Positions 57,768 through 64,000 of a DNA stretch of 64,000 bases are shown here, piece after piece. Made by a program: the position numbers and the translations under genes. The notes below the pieces were generated by a model. It saw nothing but the letters and a program-made list of their open reading frames with translations, was not told where the DNA came from and did not search any database. Numbering within the stretch: the stretch's first letter is position 1; each line of letters opens with the position of its first letter. Origin of the DNA: a virus; IMG/VR virus record IMGVR_UViG_3300042691_053984, positions 32,001 through 96,000 of that record, one strand, 5' to 3'.

Positions 57768-58805
57768 ATGAGCGGAATTCTTGACAAAAAATCCAGAGTG
57801 CTTGACAGTATCATCACCCTGGAAGGCAGAAAGCAACTGTCTAATGGTGGAATTAACATACGCTATGTTACGTTTACTGATGGTGCAACTTTTTATAAAG
57901 CCGACATGGATAATGGTTCCGCTGATGCAACGCTAAGGCTTTATTTGGAGTCATGTCATTTACCACAGGATGAAATAACATTTCAATCAGATGATGATGG
58001 AAAACTTGTTTCATTTAAATCCTCTCTAGATAAACTCATAAAAGATGGAAAGTTATTAAACACAGACGTAATTTTACCCAGTGATTCTGAGATGCTCAGC
58101 GGATCATCTATTTTTGTTTCAACTCAAGAAAGAGGAACTTTTCTACAACAATCAGCAGAATCATTGCTCACTTCATCAATTGACAACCTGAAAAAAATGC
58201 AGATCATCGGCACAAAAGATTCTTTGTTCGATGATAATGATTTTTCTATCGGCAGCACAGATGTAGAATTTGTTATTACTGAAACCGGACCTATTCCCAT
58301 TGATTTTGGCGTTATCACTGATGTACGTCAACTAGAGAACATAATTGCAGATCCTAGGTTTAGTAACTTAGTTAATTTTAAATACTTACCACCAATTAAC
58401 AAGACTGATGAAATTGTTAATAAATCAAACGTAGACAACTTAAGTAAGTATTTGTTGGGAAGTTATCCTGCGTGGAATAGTATTCCCTCACGTGTTCTTT
58501 CACATCGTGAAGTGATAAATGAACACGCTTATTACGCAAGAAATGGATTCTCAAAAATTTTGAATTTTGATCCAACTTCATACTCAAATAACTTATTTTT
58601 TCAAGCGTTTGAAGTAACAAATGACACGATGTATAAGCTCGACATCATTGATTTTGGAATAAATCAATCAGTTGTAAGACAGAGCGAAGACACAAGGTTT
58701 TCACCAGGACCTATAACAAATATATTTTTTATAGGCAGATTAATAACAAAATCTGAAACAAACACTCACTCTTTTGTGCATCTTTTTACGCTAATTTTTG
58801 GATAA
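57768..58805 (+). CDS. Hypothetical (probably structural) protein
   Basis: MSGILDKKSRVLDSIIT.EGR; NFKYLPP; TFVHLFTL-type C-terminus. Confidence 0.6.
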   Translation: MSGILDKKSRVLDSIITLEGRKQLSNGGINIRYVTFTDGATFYKADMDNGSADATLRLYLESCHLPQDEITFQSDDDGKLVSFKSSLDKLIKDGKLLNTDVILPSDSEMLSGSSIFVSTQERGTFLQQSAESLLTSSIDNLKKMQIIGTKDSLFDDNDFSIGSTDVEFVITETGPIPIDFGVITDVRQLENIIADPRFSNLVNFKYLPPINKTDEIVNKSNVDNLSKYLLGSYPAWNSIPSRVLSHREVINEHAYYARNGFSKILNFDPTSYSNNLFFQAFEVTNDTMYKLDIIDFGINQSVVRQSEDTRFSPGPITNIFFIGRLITKSETNTHSFVHLFTLIFG

Positions 58806-58808
58806 ATT

Positions 58809-61208
58809 ATGTATTTTTCAAGTGAAAGAAATTTAAAATTATTGAAAATAAACGATAATTTTGCATCATTACGTAAAATTAACGAAGATGGTTCATATGA
58901 ATTTGAGTTTCGTTATTCAATAAGTCAAACAGAGGCCATAAAAAAGTCAACAATCAGCGTGAACGTAACGGTCTATTACGATAACTCCACTGTCAATAAC
59001 TCAAAAGATAAATATTTTCAAGTTAAAAATGAAAAAATTCATAATATTTTGACAGGATTTTCAAATCAAAAGCTAAACATAAAAAATCAAGATAATACCA
59101 CAGTATTCTCTACAAACAGTGACATCTCTGCGTTTATAGACAATAGTTACGTATCTGAAGTTTTGAGATCGAAATCAATAAAAAAAACTCAATCAAAACT
59201 TGTTTTAAAAAATGTAGGCTTATTGAAAAAAAATAGGCAAAACATTCGTCACTTACAGCAAGTTCTCATAAAAGAAGATCAACTACAACAAAAGTCAGTA
59301 CAAAAATCAAATAAAAAATTGTGTCACAGTCTTTTATTTGAGCACTGTATAGATCCATCTGAAATAAAAGAGTTATCATCTTACGTAATTGATCCATATC
59401 AGCTTTCACAAGGTGTTTTAAGTCCACGAAACAATCGTAGGCCTCAAGTGCTCACTGAGTTATATGATCAATTTGTACTCGGCGGAATATCAAAATTTGA
59501 TGAATCATCTACAAGTGACTCAAGCTATGTAGTCACCCTTGACAACGTAGAGGCAGATCAACTAGAGATTCCTGTTAATGCAACTTTTAAGTTGCCAAAA
59601 AACACTTCTGTTCAAAATTCATTAAATCTATTTGTTAAGTTTGAACTAATAGATGTGAGCAACAATGTTCCCACTGAGACAATTGTAAAAGAGCTAAATG
59701 TCCTTAAATACGATATTTCTTACTGGAAACCTGATGACGCTCCTGAGGTCACAGTTGATTACATTGATAGATCTAATGCGTTGATAAACATAAAACAGAT
59801 TGCAAAAAATGCAAACTTTGTTAATGTCTATAAAAAAAGCTTGTCTGACGTGCTAAACCCAGACGAGTATTCTTTTGTTCAAAGACTAAACCTGGAACAA
59901 GGCCAATCTGTCAGCCTTAACGTTTTGTCTTCAGAAAGTCCAACAATATACAGGGTCATATCTGCACACAATAACTTACTTAGCGACAAGTTCAAAAATG
60001 TTGTCATCTGTTCACAACTTACAAATGTGACAAGACAAATTTCCATAACCAGCGTTTCCACTGAAAGCGGGGTTATGCTAGAGGCAAGGAATTTACCTTT
60101 TGATGCAATTGAGTTGCAATTCTTAAAAAAGAATTTGTCTCAATTTGATTCTAAATTTGACACAATTAACGAAAAAAGATTCTTGATTAAGCAAGAAGAT
60201 GATCTGATTGTTGAAAATTTGATAAACAGCGAATTAAACGAAGGAGACATTTATGAGTTCTCTGCGAGGGTGTATTTTTCAAATGGATCAAGTATTGACA
60301 CAGGATCAGAAATTATCGAATATGCCAAAAATAGCTCAACAAACTACTTGAACATGTTGATTGAAAATGTCATCATAGACGGAGATGATGATGTAAAATT
60401 TAACGTAAAGTTTTCACCAACTGAAAGTGGGATTGATCAAATAAAAAATATACTCAAAAGCCAAGGTAATATTTCATTTTTTGAAAAAAACATAGCCTCT
60501 CAAAAAGATGAATTGCAAAAATTACTTGCGTACTCTGTGCAAAGAATCAACCTAACAACTGGCGATAGAGAGGATTTTGGAATAATAACGAAGGGATTTT
60601 TTTCAGACAGAGGATTAAGAAATTCTGCCGGAATAAAAAAACTAAATCCCAAGAACAATTACAGATATGTAATAACAGCTTTTGTTAGAGACACAACAAC
60701 GGTTTTATCGTCATATAAAGAGAAAAAAACAGATCCATTAACAAATAAAAGTTATCTTTATCGACCTGCTAAATTTCTTCAACCTTACACGTTAAAGACG
60801 GGTACGATTATATCAGAATCAACGAATCTTTCTTACGTAAATGGTAAAAGCGTCTTTGAACAAGGTGACTCCGGAATAACATCTAAGTTAGATGTTACGT
60901 TCAACAAAAAAAAGTTTGAAGTAAAAAATGCCAGTGTATCAAGATTTGACTTATCTACCCTGCTTATAAAATGTAATTACGTTAACAACTTATCTGACGT
61001 TGATCATTTTGTAATTTCTAAAGAAATATTAGGAATAAGGTCAATCATAACTTGCATACACTCTCAATTTGAGAATGGATTAGTGTTTCACTACAAGTTA
61101 TCAACTGATGATTTGGGTTATGTAAAATTTGTAATAACACCTGTGCTAAAAGATTACTCTTTGAGCAAAGAGTCCACAACAAACGAGATATTGATTGAGG
61201 CACTATGA
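58809..61208 (+). CDS. Large hypothetical protein, beta-rich
   Basis: 799-aa ORF in track. Confidence 0.7.
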   Translation: MYFSSERNLKLLKINDNFASLRKINEDGSYEFEFRYSISQTEAIKKSTISVNVTVYYDNSTVNNSKDKYFQVKNEKIHNILTGFSNQKLNIKNQDNTTVFSTNSDISAFIDNSYVSEVLRSKSIKKTQSKLVLKNVGLLKKNRQNIRHLQQVLIKEDQLQQKSVQKSNKKLCHSLLFEHCIDPSEIKELSSYVIDPYQLSQGVLSPRNNRRPQVLTELYDQFVLGGISKFDESSTSDSSYVVTLDNVEADQLEIPVNATFKLPKNTSVQNSLNLFVKFELIDVSNNVPTETIVKELNVLKYDISYWKPDDAPEVTVDYIDRSNALINIKQIAKNANFVNVYKKSLSDVLNPDEYSFVQRLNLEQGQSVSLNVLSSESPTIYRVISAHNNLLSDKFKNVVICSQLTNVTRQISITSVSTESGVMLEARNLPFDAIELQFLKKNLSQFDSKFDTINEKRFLIKQEDDLIVENLINSELNEGDIYEFSARVYFSNGSSIDTGSEIIEYAKNSSTNYLNMLIENVIIDGDDDVKFNVKFSPTESGIDQIKNILKSQGNISFFEKNIASQKDELQKLLAYSVQRINLTTGDREDFGIITKGFFSDRGLRNSAGIKKLNPKNNYRYVITAFVRDTTTVLSSYKEKKTDPLTNKSYLYRPAKFLQPYTLKTGTIISESTNLSYVNGKSVFEQGDSGITSKLDVTFNKKKFEVKNASVSRFDLSTLLIKCNYVNNLSDVDHFVISKEILGIRSIITCIHSQFENGLVFHYKLSTDDLGYVKFVITPVLKDYSLSKESTTNEILIEAL

Positions 61209-64000
61209 AAGACACGTTCTTGATATCATCGCAAAGATCACAGGTTAAAACCGGTAATGTTGAAACTCAACCGTTGCCAATAATTCTTGACGATAAAAAT
61301 AGATTATCAGCAGACGTTTCTTTAAATAACGTGTCTTATGTTGTAAGGCGAGATGAGACATCTCAGGTAACAAGAGGCCAGTCAATTACGTCAATCGTTA
61401 ATGACATCAAGATCAACAATCCAATCCTTACTACCTTAAGGGGAGAAAACATCAATAGAGTTGATTTTGATGATGCAAACGCAGTCCAACAAGATCAACC
61501 GATCGTAAGCAACGATACCATTTCATATTCTGAATATGAATCACTGGCGGGTATGTCACAGTCTGAGCCTCAAATTATTTTGTTGACTGATTTTAAGCCA
61601 ATATATTCTTTACAAAGATTAAACGAAAATGGTGTTTTTTTTGATAAGCAAAATAACATAAAAAAAGTAAAAAATCACAACATAAAGCACATAATTGATT
61701 TTAATAAAAAAATATCAGACAAGTTTGAGACGCAACTACAAAATCGTGTGATTGACTTTAATTCAAAAATAAGTCACATTGAAAATTATTTGTCGTTTAT
61801 AAAACTTGTAATTCTTGAATCAGACAACACAAACGTTTTTTCAAAACAAATATTATTGTCAACAACATACGATGAATCGTACGTTCCAACAAATTACAGT
61901 GAAAACATGATTACTTCTTTGGAGGTTAAGGAGACATTAACACCGAAGCTATTTCTAAAGAACATGGGCTTTGATGAAGAAGCAGTAAGCGAAAATTTCC
62001 TTTCTACAAAAATTGGATTTCAATTTCTGACTGAGACTAAAGACGCGGTGAAATTCCACTCACCAGTACTAATAAATCTTCAAGATGAAAACAAACGCAA
62101 CGACTCTTCAAAAGAGACAATAATAAATAAACCAATTAACTACTATCAATTTAGCGATAGGCTTTATTTGAAAGATAGTTCAATTCCAAGTTTAAATTTT
62201 TTTCGTAGCTATGACCCACAGGACACAGAAGCAATAAAAAATGCAACACCATCACAATGGTCAGACGGAGAAACTGTGTATGGTCAACCATTTTATGGGT
62301 TTGATGTCATAACTCCTGAGGCTCGTGAATATTTTTCAAAGCTACAAACTGAATTTGGATCATTGCAACAAAATTCATTTGAAAACTTGGAAAGTGATTT
62401 AGCTGCAAATATTTACGACATATCAAAAGAGTTTGATATGTCAAATCGATTGAATCTTAATGAAACAAAAGTTTTTTTAAAAACAAAATTTAATTACGAT
62501 GTTGACCTTGAAGAGGTCAAAACTTCAATATTTGATTCTATTTTTGGGTATTCTGGTGATGACGTTGCAACTGCTGCAGCGAATACAGTGAAGACCTCTC
62601 TTGGTTCAGTGTTTTCATATCAGGAAGGAAATATACGTGTACTTCCATTTGAAAAAAAGTTGCCCGCCTCATTAGAAACAAGTTTTGTCTCAGGCTTTTC
62701 TACAAATCTAGCGCGTCAAAAAGAAAGAATTGAACAATATGCTGAAAACTTAAGGTTATTAATTGATAACTTTAGTCAAGCAATAAATAAATTAAATTTA
62801 CTATCCATACGTGATTCTAATTTTAGCGTTTCACAGTTGTTTTACGGGGATTTAATTAATGATCTAGGTCTAGAATACGACAATAACACCGCTTTAAATT
62901 TGTCTAATTCCGACAAACTTATATTTTCTTTGTTTGAATGGTCTTTCAAAGATTCCTACATGTCGTTTTTACTGTTTTTGTATTGCATAATTAATGACAA
63001 TAATGAAAAATTTCGTGTTGTAATTGAGGGTCAAATTACAAAATGGATAACAGAGAACGTGAGGTATAGGCTTCCTAGCGTTTCACAAGAAACTCTATCG
63101 CTCCAGGCCTTTGAGACAGTAAGTACAATTCGTTCTTTAGATTTTATTGCCGGAAGCAATAACTTGCTTGACGTCATGTATGTTACTAAATTTGATTTAT
63201 CAGAGCACTTGAGAAATTCACCTTTAATCAAGTCGATCAAGTCAAGGTTGATGCTTCCGGAATTGCAACAGATTGGTCAGATTGGTGAGGCGACTTTTTA
63301 CAGAAATTATCCTGCGTTGAAAGTTGCAATGTCGCTATTTCAGTCAATATTAAAAATGATTCAAACCGAAAACCCCGTCAACAAGTATTCTTTTTACGGA
63401 ATGTTTTTCTCAGATGGTGTTGACACAAGTGATGGATTTTTTATTGGACGAAAACAATCTCAATACAATGGTGCCAACGTTATTCAATTAATGAAAAATG
63501 AATGTCTTTCCGTTAGAACATCAGTTTTGTGCTTGTTGAACGTGTTAAAGACTTTACACGTTAATTGTGTCAATTACAAAAATTTTTTAAACTCACTGGT
63601 TTCATCAACTCAGTATCGTGAAATCAGTCAAATTTTTTCTTCTGACGAAAAACTCATTAACTTGCTATTTGACAATCGACAGCACTTGTCATTAATAAAA
63701 AATCAATTTAATCTAATTAAAGATTCCCTAGTCAAACCTGTAACAAATATTCAAAATCAATCCTTATCATGGGAAAGTACTTCAGATCTGACAACAGCAC
63801 CTGGTCAGGTGCAAACTGATTCAAGTGAAATAAAGTCAATAGATGAATCGTTGACTGGGGATCGCCTCTATGAGATTTTGCGGGCATATCTTAAAGAAGA
63901 TGTTTTGTCTTCTCATGAAGCCACAAATTTGAAAATAATGACAATTGGAATTCCTCACAAACTTTTTCAAAATTTTCTTTTTGACGAAAATGCAAGAAAT
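61205..64000 (+). CDS. Large hypothetical protein (>=932 aa, runs off the right edge)
   Basis: ATGA overlap with the upstream gene; read by hand (MKDTFLISSQ...) with no stop seen to 64000; not in the ORF track. Confidence 0.75.
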   Translation, partial: MKDTFLISSQRSQVKTGNVETQPLPIILDDKNRLSADVSLNNVSYVVRRDETSQVTRGQSITSIVNDIKINNPILTTLRGENINRVDFDDANAVQQDQPIVSNDTISYSEYESLAGMSQSEPQIILLTDFKPIYSLQRLNENGVFFDKQNNIKKVKNHNIKHIIDFNKKISDKFETQLQNRVIDFNSKISHIENYLSFIKLVILESDNTNVFSKQILLSTTYDESYVPTNYSENMITSLEVKETLTPKLFLKNMGFDEEAVSENFLSTKIGFQFLTETKDAVKFHSPVLINLQDENKRNDSSKETIINKPINYYQFSDRLYLKDSSIPSLNFFRSYDPQDTEAIKNATPSQWSDGETVYGQPFYGFDVITPEAREYFSKLQTEFGSLQQNSFENLESDLAANIYDISKEFDMSNRLNLNETKVFLKTKFNYDVDLEEVKTSIFDSIFGYSGDDVATAAANTVKTSLGSVFSYQEGNIRVLPFEKKLPASLETSFVSGFSTNLARQKERIEQYAENLRLLIDNFSQAINKLNLLSIRDSNFSVSQLFYGDLINDLGLEYDNNTALNLSNSDKLIFSLFEWSFKDSYMSFLLFLYCIINDNNEKFRVVIEGQITKWITENVRYRLPSVSQETLSLQAFETVSTIRSLDFIAGSNNLLDVMYVTKFDLSEHLRNSPLIKSIKSRLMLPELQQIGQIGEATFYRNYPALKVAMSLFQSILKMIQTENPVNKYSFYGMFFSDGVDTSDGFFIGRKQSQYNGANVIQLMKNECLSVRTSVLCLLNVLKTLHVNCVNYKNFLNSLVSSTQYREISQIFSSDEKLINLLFDNRQHLSLIKNQFNLIKDSLVKPVTNIQNQSLSWESTSDLTTAPGQVQTDSSEIKSIDESLTGDRLYEILRAYLKEDVLSSHEATNLKIMTIGIPHKLFQNFLFDENARN

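Noticed and set aside
8102-64000. Stop-codon reassignment
   Set aside because: Genes are full length and tightly packed under the standard code; only TAG avoidance is reported.
1-64000. tRNA, rRNA or structured ncRNA genes
   Set aside because: Intergenic gaps are almost all under ~130 nt and I saw no cloverleaf or T-loop signature; not verified with tRNAscan/Infernal.

Overview
This window looks like part of a large T4-like (myovirus) bacteriophage genome read in the standard code. I saw no cellular housekeeping genes, rRNA, tRNA or CRISPR array. (1) 1-7.7 kb is GC-rich. It holds a >=1675-aa beta-propeller-repeat fibre/adhesin gene that runs off the left edge and is missing from the ORF track, a paralogous short fibre gene, and a divergent NADAR + Pth2-like pair. 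(2) 8.1-18.6 kb is a minus-strand baseplate/virion module (LamG-like protein, gp6/J-like, gp25-like, gp5-like spike) with a gp55-like sigma factor. (3) 18.6-47.7 kb is a ~29-kb co-oriented, tightly overlapping glycan-biosynthesis island: more than a dozen recognisable or putative glycosyltransferases, four SAM methyltransferases, two 2OG-Fe(II) oxygenases and nucleotide-sugar enzymes. (4) 47.9-64 kb is a mixed block: degenerate GroEL-like protein, ClpP, DinG-like helicase, Hc1-like protein, stand-alone sigma-70 region 4, PIN-PhoH and large unknown proteins. The strongest observation is a fractured UDP-glucose dehydrogenase gene: a naturally split intein at the catalytic cysteine, with a free-standing endonuclease gene between the two halves. 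Other leads are a possible self-contained virion glycosylation system (glycan island plus (S/T)GS-rich structural proteins) and a plant/giant-virus-type bifunctional epimerase-reductase that would explain the missing rmlC. All family calls come from motifs recognised by eye; no database search was run.
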